Below, piece after piece: positions 27,907 through 37,264 of a stretch of 64,000 nt of DNA. Source of the stretch: Bacillus sp. (in: firmicutes) (GTDB lineage Bacteria > Bacillota > Clostridia > Lachnospirales > Lachnospiraceae); NCBI GenBank assembly GCA_023666125.1, contig JAMPCN010000005.1, positions 30-64,029 of the forward strand, in the 5' to 3' direction. The notes beneath the pieces are model-generated. The model worked only from the letters and a program-made list of their open reading frames with translations. It searched no databases and was not told the origin of the DNA. Within the stretch, counting starts at the first letter, position 1. Each line of letters starts with the position of its first letter. A program made the position numbers and the translations under genes.

Positions 27907-29754
27907 ATGGACTACACAAACTACAATGACTTATTGGAACGCTATCATGAATTAGACGAAATAAGCTTTGAAGGACAAACGGCACAAGAAGAACTTATCC
28001 GTAAGCTGATGGACATTTCGCATGAAAAAAAACAAATTCAGACAGATTGCAATGCCATCATCCGGGCTTATATTGCTGCTTATGAAAAATCGCCCGAACT
28101 TATCAATGATGAAACCGCCGGCACACTCAAAGCTTTTAGCGATATGCTCATAACGGACTCCGGGCAGATATTGGATCCTCCCATCGCCTTTCGCCTTTCT
28201 AAAATTTTATTACAATATTACCAGTCTGTAAATAATCAGGAGCAGGCTCTTTTAATGTTGGAACGCTGCACCGTACTCGATATTATTTTAAAAGAACATC
28301 TGGATGATTATGCGGGTACATCCTACAATCCTATGATAGCGCAATATATGTCGCACTACGGCGAGTTTTCCGAAAGAGGACAGCGCGCGCTGATAAATTG
28401 CAGGCTCTTAAGCGTCATCAACAGAAAAGACATGACATTTCCCCTAAAGCAGTACCGCACGGTAAGCGTTGAATATAAAGAAATGCAGAAACGTATGGGC
28501 GAACAGTTCATGAAAGCCCAATTTGTCATGTGCCAGGCAAATGCGCTTGCCTTTGCTCTGGAGTCATGCCGTCGGACGGAGTATGCCCAAAAATGCGGCG
28601 AAACGCTTGACGAACCGATGCTTGACATGGAAAAGGATGCACCGTTAATCGCCGAACTTGGCCGGGAACTGGAAACCGTTCTTGCCTCGGAAGATGTGCA
28701 GAGTCTGATTGCCGACAAAGTTGTCACCCGCATTTACTGTGTACAGGCCGCATATCATACCGGTGCGATTACGATAGACGAACTGCTCGCTAAACTCGAA
28801 GAATATTCCAGGCCGCAAAAAGAACATAATACCATGGAACAATGTACCGCTCTCTTTACGGCAAACGCTTACTATATGGATTACCTATATAAATCCTGCC
28901 GGTTTGATAAGCAGTATGTCCTGACAAAATGCAAAGAAATTGTAGCGCATGTATTGGACACTGCGAAAGGCATGGTGCATCAATTTGGCAACTATCAGAT
29001 TAACCACTGCGTATTAATGCTAGTCAACTCCGCTTCCAACATCATCGATTTTGACTCTTTTAAAACGACGGTACTTGACGCCACCGTCTACGCGAATAAG
29101 GCTCTATACGTCCATACCATGATGGTAAAAGAAATCGCCGTCGTGCTGTTATCCTATATATTGGAACATAACCCACAGTATCTGGACGGCGTTGCGGGTT
29201 ACGATTATAAATACTGTCAAGCACAGCGGGAACAACTGTTGGCGCTGATGGAAAACTGCGCTCTTTTTCACGATATTGGCAAATATTTCTGTCTGGACTA
29301 TGTTTCCAATTCCTCCAGGAACCTGACAGATGATGAGTTTGAGATTATCAAGGCACATCCTGCCAACTTCTCTAAAATTTATCATGGAAAAATGAATCCG
29401 GAGGTGGAATGTATTCACGACTGCGCCCTGTTACACCATTTATGGTATAACGAATACGGCGGTTACCCGAAAGAAAAGCATACAAAAAATAAACCTTTTG
29501 TCAATATATTAAGCATTGCCGACAGTATCGACGCCGCTACCGACAATATCGGCAGACCTTACGGAACGGGTAAAACGCTGACGCAGTTGATGGAAGAATT
29601 TGACTCTATGAAAGATACGCGCTACTGCGGCTATATCGCCGACCTGCTCCATATCCCGGAAGTGAATGAAAAGATAGAACATATTTTACAGGACACACGC
29701 AAAAAAATCTATTATCACATTTATCAAAATGACGCGCAGTCTCCCATTACGTAA
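27907..29754 (+). CDS. HD-GYP-like phosphohydrolase with long helical N-terminus
   Basis: HT, FHDIGK, LTDDEFEIIKAHP, HH..GGYP, IADSIDA..RPY. Confidence 0.8.
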   Translation: MDYTNYNDLLERYHELDEISFEGQTAQEELIRKLMDISHEKKQIQTDCNAIIRAYIAAYEKSPELINDETAGTLKAFSDMLITDSGQILDPPIAFRLSKILLQYYQSVNNQEQALLMLERCTVLDIILKEHLDDYAGTSYNPMIAQYMSHYGEFSERGQRALINCRLLSVINRKDMTFPLKQYRTVSVEYKEMQKRMGEQFMKAQFVMCQANALAFALESCRRTEYAQKCGETLDEPMLDMEKDAPLIAELGRELETVLASEDVQSLIADKVVTRIYCVQAAYHTGAITIDELLAKLEEYSRPQKEHNTMEQCTALFTANAYYMDYLYKSCRFDKQYVLTKCKEIVAHVLDTAKGMVHQFGNYQINHCVLMLVNSASNIIDFDSFKTTVLDATVYANKALYVHTMMVKEIAVVLLSYILEHNPQYLDGVAGYDYKYCQAQREQLLALMENCALFHDIGKYFCLDYVSNSSRNLTDDEFEIIKAHPANFSKIYHGKMNPEVECIHDCALLHHLWYNEYGGYPKEKHTKNKPFVNILSIADSIDAATDNIGRPYGTGKTLTQLMEEFDSMKDTRYCGYIADLLHIPEVNEKIEHILQDTRKKIYYHIYQNDAQSPIT

Positions 29755-30451
29755 AATGGAAACGGTTGGGCACGGCATTTTCCCCGAATGTCTTAACCGC
29801 CATCCGATACATTGCCTTGGCATGGATCCTGTCATGCCAGATAAAGCGCCGTAAGACTTTCCTAAGCGACCAGTCCTCGTCGTAACTGCCTGTATACACT
29901 TTATTTTCCAGATAATCCGGCGTCTGCTCCAACAGTTCAAAGCCCCTTTTTCTGCACTCTGCAATCGTTCCTTCATTATCTGTTTCTATGCCAATTTCAC
30001 CGAAATAATAGTCGTTGACATTTTTTGTATGCTGATACATTTCCTCGGCAGTCCGCGGCACATCCCCATAGAACGTTGTCCGATACGGCAGGCTGCTCTT
30101 ATTTTTATCAGGGATATCCTCATACAGAGCAAGAAAATCCTGCGCCGACTGCAACGCCAGTTCTTTTAACTTCTCATACTCCTCTTTTATCAACGCTCCC
30201 TTTTCCGTATCAAAGATAACGTCGGAATCCGCGTCACATATCTGCAAATCAGACTGCTTCTCCTGCACAATCTCTATTGGCAGTTCTTCATACTGGGAAA
30301 GTCTAGACCAGTCCAGATAAGAAGCAATCTCTCTGTTCATCTTTTCCATCGCTGCTTTTAAAGACGCGCCCCTCGTATATGCGCCGATAAAATTATCCGC
30401 ATACAGAATCGTGTCGTCGCCGTTATGTTCGTATACGCATCTGATTTTCAT
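29747..30451 (-). CDS. Conserved hypothetical protein (HicB-like N-terminus, DinB-like C-terminus)
   Basis: MKIRCVYEHNG..GAYTRGASL; WSLRKVLRRFIWHDRIHAKA. Confidence 0.7.
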   Translation of the reverse strand: MKIRCVYEHNGDDTILYADNFIGAYTRGASLKAAMEKMNREIASYLDWSRLSQYEELPIEIVQEKQSDLQICDADSDVIFDTEKGALIKEEYEKLKELALQSAQDFLALYEDIPDKNKSSLPYRTTFYGDVPRTAEEMYQHTKNVNDYYFGEIGIETDNEGTIAECRKRGFELLEQTPDYLENKVYTGSYDEDWSLRKVLRRFIWHDRIHAKAMYRMAVKTFGENAVPNRFHFT

Positions 30452-30592
30452 GTTATAAAATTCCATTTCCAATAATACCTTTATTCTGTTCAATCGAGTT
30501 GCTGGTTGCGTAGTTCCATCTGGCATATGCATAATAGTCTGAGAATCTTCCGGCAAATCAAAATATCCACCTGAACCAAATAAATGTTGCCG

Positions 30593-30940
30593 CTAATCTT
30601 CCCAATAATTCTCTGTTTCTTCTGTAATAGTCTTAATCCCAAAGAGTTTCCACATAAAGTCCTCTTTTTCGCTATATATATCTATGATTTTTATGACATC
30701 AGGTTCAATTTGATAAAACACATAATTATGCTGAATATATAACATTCTGTAATCACATGGAATGCCTAAAACACTTTCCACAGAAATACCTTTATTTTCA
30801 AATTGTGGTAAATTACGAAAAGATTTTGTCAACTCACTAATAACCTTACCAGCTGTGTCAGTTCCAAACTTCTGTGCCACATACTGTTTTATCTGCTTTA
30901 ACTTCTCACGAGCATCTGGAGAGTATTTCAGTTTTTTCAA
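30593..30940 (-). CDS. Type II toxin, RelE/ParE family
   Basis: LKYSPDAREKLKQIKQY..YRML..YVFY..IIDI; overlaps antitoxin stop. Confidence 0.88.
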   Translation of the reverse strand: MKKLKYSPDAREKLKQIKQYVAQKFGTDTAGKVISELTKSFRNLPQFENKGISVESVLGIPCDYRMLYIQHNYVFYQIEPDVIKIIDIYSEKEDFMWKLFGIKTITEETENYWED

Positions 30941-31197
30941 TCTGCTCCCTCCAATTCTTTTTCCAAATCATCTGCCGAAATCCAGCCCTCCTTATCTGCA
31001 CGCTCCTCTGCTTTCTTCAGTTTGGAAAAAAGTGTATAAGCAGCCCGGCATCTGTCAAGTTCATCTATCTCAGACATAGTAAGAATGCCATATTCTCCAT
31101 GCCCGTTCCGTGTAAGATACACACGGCTTGAAGCATCTACCTGTTTCAATACTTCTGTGTAATTTCGCAAATCTGAAATTGGTTTTATATTAGGCAT
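30937..31197 (-). CDS. Type II antitoxin, Phd/YefM family
   Basis: MPNIKPISDLRNY..VYLTRNG. Confidence 0.9.
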   Translation of the reverse strand: MPNIKPISDLRNYTEVLKQVDASSRVYLTRNGHGEYGILTMSEIDELDRCRAAYTLFSKLKKAEERADKEGWISADDLEKELEGAD

Positions 31198-31231
31198 AGC
31201 AATTATCTCCTCTCTCTTAACTTTCTTTCAT

Positions 31232-31249
31232 TATACACATATGAGTATA
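31232..31249. promoter_or_regulatory. Palindromic TA operator overlapping the -10 box
   Basis: TATACACATATGAGTATA near-palindrome overlapping minus-strand TATAAT. Confidence 0.55.
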
Positions 31250-31527
31250 CTTCAACAAGCAAATTCACATGCGAATTTACAAATTTTTGTATCCTCAATA
31301 TATGGTTCTATTGCGTCTACATTTTTGTCAGTAATGATAACACAATCTTTTACTCTTTTTAACGACGGAGAAAAAAGTTGTTTTAATCATTCTCCTAAAA
31401 TTTCTAAGTCTTTCTTTTAATATCCTCCTAATGCTTTGACTTGCTGGATAAAAGTTTAAAAGTACAGAAAATACTGTTACTAAGCAGTGCAAGACACCGT
31501 GGACGACTATCGAATGAATAAACATAC

Positions 31528-32037
31528 TTAAAAAAATAGTTGTGGAACACCTTTCCAATTTAAAACCGGCATCTTGTCTAATTTATTCATGAAAACATAT
31601 ATATCTTGGTCATCTCCCCAAATTCCACTACTTGGCTTATTTGTCAATATGGTCAAATGATAAATTCCTTCCTCCACTTCAATTTGCTGTTCTTCTGGAA
31701 CATAATCGCTCCATTCCATAAGCCAAAAAAGGTCAATGATAGATATCTTATTTCCTTTAACATCTAATGCCAGCCTAATAGATACGGGAAACAATTTATT
31801 AATTTCTTCATCTGGATATCCTTCCCTAACCTTAATATTATACTTTCCACTTGCCCCTGTATTAAAGCCAACAATATCACCTTTGGTTATATGTTCAGCA
31901 ACCTTTTCCGGTGTTGAAAATTCATTACTAAAATAATCTTCTCCCTCTATAACATATTTCATTGCAGCATTAGAATAAATAACCAAACCCATTCCATCAA
32001 TAACTAACTCTATATCCTTACATTTATTACTATTCAT
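31528..32037 (-). CDS. AT-rich hypothetical protein, possibly an orphan immunity protein
   Basis: 169-aa acidic ORF, SD AAAGGAG, visibly AT-rich. Confidence 0.65.
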   Translation of the reverse strand: MNSNKCKDIELVIDGMGLVIYSNAAMKYVIEGEDYFSNEFSTPEKVAEHITKGDIVGFNTGASGKYNIKVREGYPDEEINKLFPVSIRLALDVKGNKISIIDLFWLMEWSDYVPEEQQIEVEEGIYHLTILTNKPSSGIWGDDQDIYVFMNKLDKMPVLNWKGVPQLFF

Positions 32038-32156
32038 AAAAATCTCCTTTGATTAATGCTCTTTCTCTAATATTTGTTCTGGATTGTCACTCGCAACGCT
32101 GCTTGCAATATTGTTTCTATTATACACAGGGCTATAAATCTTAGTTTCGCAATCAC

Positions 32157-32978
32157 CTAATTTGCAAGTTTATCGCCAAATAATTCATAGTAAAATATGT
32201 ACTGCTGGATAACGCCCTGATATCCCTCGTACAAACTGTCGGGAAACCCCTGCGGGTAGTGGGCTGCAAACGCCTGTTTGATATGTGTATCCACAGGAAA
32301 CGCCTGTAGATGGTGCAGGGCAAAAAGACAGATGCAGTCCGCGACTTTCTCTCCTACGCCGTATAATTGCAATAACTTCGCCCTCGCTTCGTCGTAAGGC
32401 ATCTGATATAAGGCATCCAAATTGACTTCCCCCGATACAACGCTTTTTGCGCTTCGCACTACATATTTACTTCGATAACCCAGATTGCACTCCATCAGGG
32501 CGTCCTCGTCTAGCCCCGCAAAAGCTTCCGGCTCGGGAAACGCGTAATAGGTCTGTCCTTTGTCGTTTATCTTTTTCTCTCCGTACTGTCTGCATATATT
32601 TTGAATACACTTACGAATCCGCGTAATGTTATTCTGCTGGGAAATTAAAAAAGAAACTATCATCTCCCACAAATCCTGCCGTAGAATGCGGATGCCTAAA
32701 CCAAAAGCCGCCGCCTTTTGCAGATAGGCGTCCGTTTCCGGTATCCGCGCTATGTACGCCGCATAATCGCTATCCAAGTCAAAATAATTTTTCCAAAAAT
32801 CTTCAAACGCCGCCTCGTCACAATGAAAGAGACACGTTCCGCCTTTTTGCTCTATTTCCAGATAGCGGCTGCCCGCAATGACACTGTAGACGTTATCACT
32901 TTCTTTCGTCATGCGGAAACACTGACCCGACCGGCAGATTTGCTCTAAGTCAAAGTTATCCTTTGTAATTGATACCAT
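32157..32978 (-). CDS. 8-oxoguanine DNA glycosylase (HhH-GPD)
   Basis: SGQCFR, GIRILRQD, SQQNNI, GLGYR-like NLGYR, GVGEKVADC, FPVDTH. Confidence 0.92.
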   Translation of the reverse strand: MVSITKDNFDLEQICRSGQCFRMTKESDNVYSVIAGSRYLEIEQKGGTCLFHCDEAAFEDFWKNYFDLDSDYAAYIARIPETDAYLQKAAAFGLGIRILRQDLWEMIVSFLISQQNNITRIRKCIQNICRQYGEKKINDKGQTYYAFPEPEAFAGLDEDALMECNLGYRSKYVVRSAKSVVSGEVNLDALYQMPYDEARAKLLQLYGVGEKVADCICLFALHHLQAFPVDTHIKQAFAAHYPQGFPDSLYEGYQGVIQQYIFYYELFGDKLAN

Positions 32979-33018
32979 ACTATTTTTTCATCACCTTATC
33001 AGCCGGAATCTAAAACTC

Positions 33019-34422
33019 TTACATACTGAATATCTTGATATCCGTCTCCTCTGTCTCTCCGGTAGACTTCAAAACTCTCCGCAGTCCCACCAGCGCCTTC
33101 TGGAAACGTCCGTATACTTCATAGGTGCGGTTAAACTGTTCGAGAGCTTCCGCCCTGTCTCCCCTGTCCTTGGCATACCAGGACTCGCAGCCGTACTTAT
33201 GCAGTTCTTCATGCAGGCTGGCCGCCTGTTTAAATTCCGAAGAGGATGTAATGCGGGTATCGGTCTGCTCCGCCATCCATTTACCAAACTTACATCCGGC
33301 GGGATTGTTAAGCTGGGTAATCTTCAATCTCTCAAAGTCAGCCAGATTGTTATAAATACGCCATGTAAATATCAGATGGTCTATCTCAAAGACGGTAATC
33401 CAATCCAGCGTCGTAATCTTGGAATTATGCCTTGCCATATCGCTCCTTGCACGGTCTATGTCGCGTGAAATGCGGTATAAATGCTCGCCCGTTCCCGCAC
33501 ATTCTTTCATCAACGTATCATAGCTGTCCGCAATCGTGTCTATCGACGATACAAAATTCTGCGTCAATGCGGACTGCGTACTGATTTCCCCGTAAATATG
33601 GTCGATTTCGTTACCCATGGAATCTAACCGCTCCACCATGCCGCCGATATTCTCGATGGACTGGTGTACGCTCTCGTTGCCCTCTTTTAAACTCTTAGCC
33701 GTCATATCAATCGATTCGGAAAGGGTGTTAATACCCTCCATCAGTTCTCCGACATACTGCACGACATTCTCCGCAGAAGCGGTTGTATTGGCGGAAAGGT
33801 CTCTAATCTGTGTCGCCACAACCGCAAAGCTTCTTCCGGCGTCTCCGGCGCGCGCCGCCTCGATGGAGGCATTCAAAGCGAGCAGTCCGCTCTTGCTGGC
33901 AATTTTTTTCACCATATCGATAATGTTATTAATACTGATTGCTTTCTCCCTGAAAACGGCTACCTGTTCATTGATTGCCAATACCTGTCTGGCGGATTCA
34001 TCCACAATCTGTACGCTCGCTTCCATATCGTTTAAGCTGCTCTGCGACGTCTCGATAACGCTATGGGCATTACTCTGTATATTCTGCACCGCGCTCTGGA
34101 TGTTCTGGATGGAATCCTCCAATTCCTGGCTGGAATCCCGCATACCGCCGATAGATTCCGTCTGAGAATTAACCTGTTCAATCATTTCTTTCACACAGGA
34201 ACTGTCCCCGATTCTCGTCATGGAATCATTTAAGCGCATAACGAAATTATTATTGGCTTTCAAAAAAGCATCCAGTACGGCATTGTATTTCTGCGCAAGC
34301 GCCGTATCATGAAAACCCGCTATGTCAATCTGGGTAAAATCTCCCTCAATCGCTTTTTCCATACAGGATAGCAAAAGCTCTCTATCCTCATCATAAAAAT
34401 TATTCTGCTTTTTCTTCTGCAT
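33019..34422 (-). CDS. Soluble methyl-accepting chemotaxis protein with C-terminal CZB domain
   Basis: [14 protein letters not shown]; DHLIF..CKFGKW..LHEELH; no TM segment. Confidence 0.9.
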   Translation of the reverse strand: MQKKKQNNFYDEDRELLLSCMEKAIEGDFTQIDIAGFHDTALAQKYNAVLDAFLKANNNFVMRLNDSMTRIGDSSCVKEMIEQVNSQTESIGGMRDSSQELEDSIQNIQSAVQNIQSNAHSVIETSQSSLNDMEASVQIVDESARQVLAINEQVAVFREKAISINNIIDMVKKIASKSGLLALNASIEAARAGDAGRSFAVVATQIRDLSANTTASAENVVQYVGELMEGINTLSESIDMTAKSLKEGNESVHQSIENIGGMVERLDSMGNEIDHIYGEISTQSALTQNFVSSIDTIADSYDTLMKECAGTGEHLYRISRDIDRARSDMARHNSKITTLDWITVFEIDHLIFTWRIYNNLADFERLKITQLNNPAGCKFGKWMAEQTDTRITSSSEFKQAASLHEELHKYGCESWYAKDRGDRAEALEQFNRTYEVYGRFQKALVGLRRVLKSTGETEETDIKIFSM

Positions 34423-34541
34423 CAGGAACCCTCCTATTCATATCCTAAAAGCTGACGCTTCTATAAACATTTACTATTTTAGAATAACACATTTTCCGAT
34501 AAACTGATACTTTTATTTCATGAAATTTTTGAAAACATCTG

Positions 34542-35423
34542 TCAGAAAAACTCGTCCTCATGTTTTTTGAAAAATTCGTAATACGCACGCACGTTGCCAA
34601 GCTGCGTCCACCGCTTAACATCCACCGTATCTTCATCCAAATCGTATATCTTAGCGTCCCGCATGGCAAGCAAAAACGGAGAATGCGTCGCAATCACAAA
34701 CTGACAGCCGAAAAACCTGACGGAATCCTCTAAAAACTTCGACAACTCCTGCTGCTTATCCGGCGAAAGGCTGTTCTCCGGCTCATCCAGCAGATAGAGG
34801 CCGTTTTCTTTGATATTCTCCGTAAAATATAAAAACGCGCTCTCGCCATTGGAATGTTCCCTGATATTATCTTTTACATTCTTACGCACATACTTAGACT
34901 GTGTCAGCGTCTTTGCCGCATGGGATTTTTTCAGCTGCTCGTAATCTTCTAACGACTTCATCTGAAAATGGGAATACTTCGTATCCAGATAGTCCTCTAA
35001 CAATTCTTCCCGTCTGCCGTCGATTCCCTCGTTCATGCTTCTTAGATTTAACATAAAGTCAAATACGTCGTCACTGGTAATGATCCTGCTGCCCCGCGGC
35101 ATCTTTTTACGGCTTCTCTCCGCCCCGTCGCCATAACTTCGGTAACTGCACATTCCGGTATAATTTTCAAAAAAGTTTGAGCGGTTATACAACGTATCCC
35201 GCTCAAGCCCCAGCTTTTCCGCCATCACATTTAAAGCCGTCGTTTTACCGCAGCCATTGCCGCCGTATAAAATCGTCACCGGCTCAAAATCCAGCATCGT
35301 CAGATTGTGCCTCGATAATACCAGAAACGGATAAAACGTGTCATAACAAGTCCGCTTCTGCCCCATCGTAAAAGTATATTCCATTTCCCTGCAGGGAAAT
35401 TCAAAGTGGGAAAGATATACCAT
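34542..35423 (-). CDS. AAA/ABC-type ATPase
   Basis: GGNGCGKT, SNGE, LLDEPE, ATHSP. Confidence 0.9.
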   Translation of the reverse strand: MVYLSHFEFPCREMEYTFTMGQKRTCYDTFYPFLVLSRHNLTMLDFEPVTILYGGNGCGKTTALNVMAEKLGLERDTLYNRSNFFENYTGMCSYRSYGDGAERSRKKMPRGSRIITSDDVFDFMLNLRSMNEGIDGRREELLEDYLDTKYSHFQMKSLEDYEQLKKSHAAKTLTQSKYVRKNVKDNIREHSNGESAFLYFTENIKENGLYLLDEPENSLSPDKQQELSKFLEDSVRFFGCQFVIATHSPFLLAMRDAKIYDLDEDTVDVKRWTQLGNVRAYYEFFKKHEDEFF

Positions 35424-36807
35424 GCCATCCCTCCTCTCCGGCAAGCGTTTTCTCTTTGGAAAAAGCTTCGGTTTCTTCTTTCGTCAACAGCCGCACAAAA
35501 TCCGCCCGCTCTGCAAATGTTTCCGTTCCGTCCGCATTATCAATCCCGTAAAGAACAGTTTCCCTTGCCGCTTCCTTGTTCCAGTCATGGAAAAGCGCCG
35601 GGCGGATATGCGCACCGAACTTACAGCCGATAAAGACGGTCCTGGCATAATTGCGCCACGGTCTCCCCAGATAGACGGAAGCCTCCGGGCAGTCTCCTGA
35701 AATGATATCGCACTTATGAAAAACATAGCCATATTCCTGTCCTTCGGGCGTAGACGCCGCCGTTACATACCCCTGCGGCGTGGACACGTCCTCCTCCCCG
35801 TCAGCAAAACGGCGCAGCGACTCTATCACGCAGTCCTCAAAATACGCCGTCGCGCTTCCGAAGATAAAATCCACGTCGCCGCAGATATAACAGTTTTTAT
35901 AATACTGCCTGCCGTTGATGCGGGGCGCGTACTGCTTCGGTCCGATAAAACCGTCTTTGACAATCTCTTTCGGCGGCAGCGGTCCGGTAAAGAGCGTATC
36001 CTGATGCCCCAACAGACGGCAGTTATCCACTATCAGCCTGTCGCCGTCCGCGTACAGCGCAATCGCCTGTCCATGCGTTTTGGAATCCCCGGAGGCGTTC
36101 TCTATCGTCAGATTTTTTAACGTCACGTCATGCGCATCGACCAACACGGAATAAGAGCGGAATGTCCCCATTTTACTGCCGTCCTCCATGATAAAATTCG
36201 CATAATCGTCATAGCTGAGACAGGTCTGCTTATTATTTTTTCCACACCCTATTAACGTCACAAACGGTCTGTCGATAATTATTTTTTCATGGTAAACGCC
36301 CGGCGCGATACGGATTTCCACCGCTTCTTTATTATCCTTGGGAACACTTTGCAGCGCGTCCGTAACGCTGGTAAAACCGCTCCGCTCTGCGCCGTCTTTG
36401 GAAACATAAATGATTTTTTTGCCGGAAGTGTCTCTTCTTTTTCCCGTCTCAATAAAAAACATCAATTCCTCCACGTCGTCAAAATCATCATAGTCTCCGG
36501 TCAGTCCATCCCTATGATATACGACGCCGTTTTTTTCATTTCTTTCCAGGCAGTCCAATAAATGCTCTTCTCCGTAGCGTCCGGCAAACAGGGTAAACGT
36601 ATAGGTTCTTAATCCCTGTAATAACCCTTTCCTGCAGTTTTCGTCACACAAAAAGCAATGACTGATATTTTTTTCGATGCTGCATCTGCGGTTTTCGCAA
36701 GTGTCCTTATCCTTACATTCCTCCGAGGCACAGCCCGCGCAGTCTCCGTTTTCCGAACACAGACAACACGCCAGACCGCATCTTGCAATTCCTAATTCTC
36801 TTTTCAT
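35401..36807 (-). CDS. Cys-rich (DUF3795-like) domain fused to pectin methylesterase (CE8)
   Basis: CGLACCLC..CAGC..C..HCFLC..C, then GVYHE, QAIAL, GHQDTL, GDVDFIFG, YLGRPW; start at 36807 or 36819, not in the upstream repeat. Confidence 0.85.
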   Translation of the reverse strand: MKRELGIARCGLACCLCSENGDCAGCASEECKDKDTCENRRCSIEKNISHCFLCDENCRKGLLQGLRTYTFTLFAGRYGEEHLLDCLERNEKNGVVYHRDGLTGDYDDFDDVEELMFFIETGKRRDTSGKKIIYVSKDGAERSGFTSVTDALQSVPKDNKEAVEIRIAPGVYHEKIIIDRPFVTLIGCGKNNKQTCLSYDDYANFIMEDGSKMGTFRSYSVLVDAHDVTLKNLTIENASGDSKTHGQAIALYADGDRLIVDNCRLLGHQDTLFTGPLPPKEIVKDGFIGPKQYAPRINGRQYYKNCYICGDVDFIFGSATAYFEDCVIESLRRFADGEEDVSTPQGYVTAASTPEGQEYGYVFHKCDIISGDCPEASVYLGRPWRNYARTVFIGCKFGAHIRPALFHDWNKEAARETVLYGIDNADGTETFAERADFVRLLTKEETEAFSKEKTLAGEEGWHGISFPL

Positions 36808-36840
36808 GTCAACTACCATTTTCCTTTCTTTCATTTTCAC

Positions 36841-37024
36841 CAATAGATGATTGCGAAACACCCAAGACGCTGTGTACGGGTAACATATACAATTCAACAC
36901 GGGTCCGCTTTCGCTACAGTTCAACCGTAGCGGCACATAAGATGCCACAAAACGGCATCTAAGTGCCGACGGTCTCACAGTACCCGCTTATGGATTGTAT
37001 ATATTACCCTATGTCAGACGTTAT
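36841..37024 (-). repeat. ~180-bp structured repeat, copy 1
   Basis: Reverse complement aligns to 41497-41676; internal IR GGTAACATATACAAT / ATTGTATATATTACC. Confidence 0.85.
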
Positions 37025-37095
37025 CGGCAGTATTTAACAATCGTCTGCTTAAAACAATAATAAATAATTGTAAAACATACAATTTCTACAATTTA

Positions 37096-37232
37096 GTTGT
37101 GCAATATAGACAATATCATAAGCAAGGTGCTTTGGAACCGCCGGCACTTAGCGAGGTTTTTTCGAGCTTAGTGCCGCTGCGAGCGACAAGCAGCGCAAGC
37201 GTGCCTGCGTTGATTTGTCTATATTACACAAC
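37096..37232. mobile_element. MITE-like element with 18-bp terminal inverted repeats
   Basis: GTTGTGCAATATAGACAA ... TTGTCTATATTACACAAC (17/18), internal hairpins. Confidence 0.6.
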
Positions 37233-37264
37233 GGACATCTTGAAAAACAAAATTTTACAATCAT

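Noticed and set aside
31328-31558. 76-aa ORF as a real gene or IS fragment
   Set aside because: Overlaps the upstream gene end, has no clear SD and no recognisable motif
36820-36978. N-terminal extension of the pectinesterase ORF, and the ORF at 41543-41971 (both start MRPSA)
   Set aside because: Both are translations of the same non-coding structured repeat
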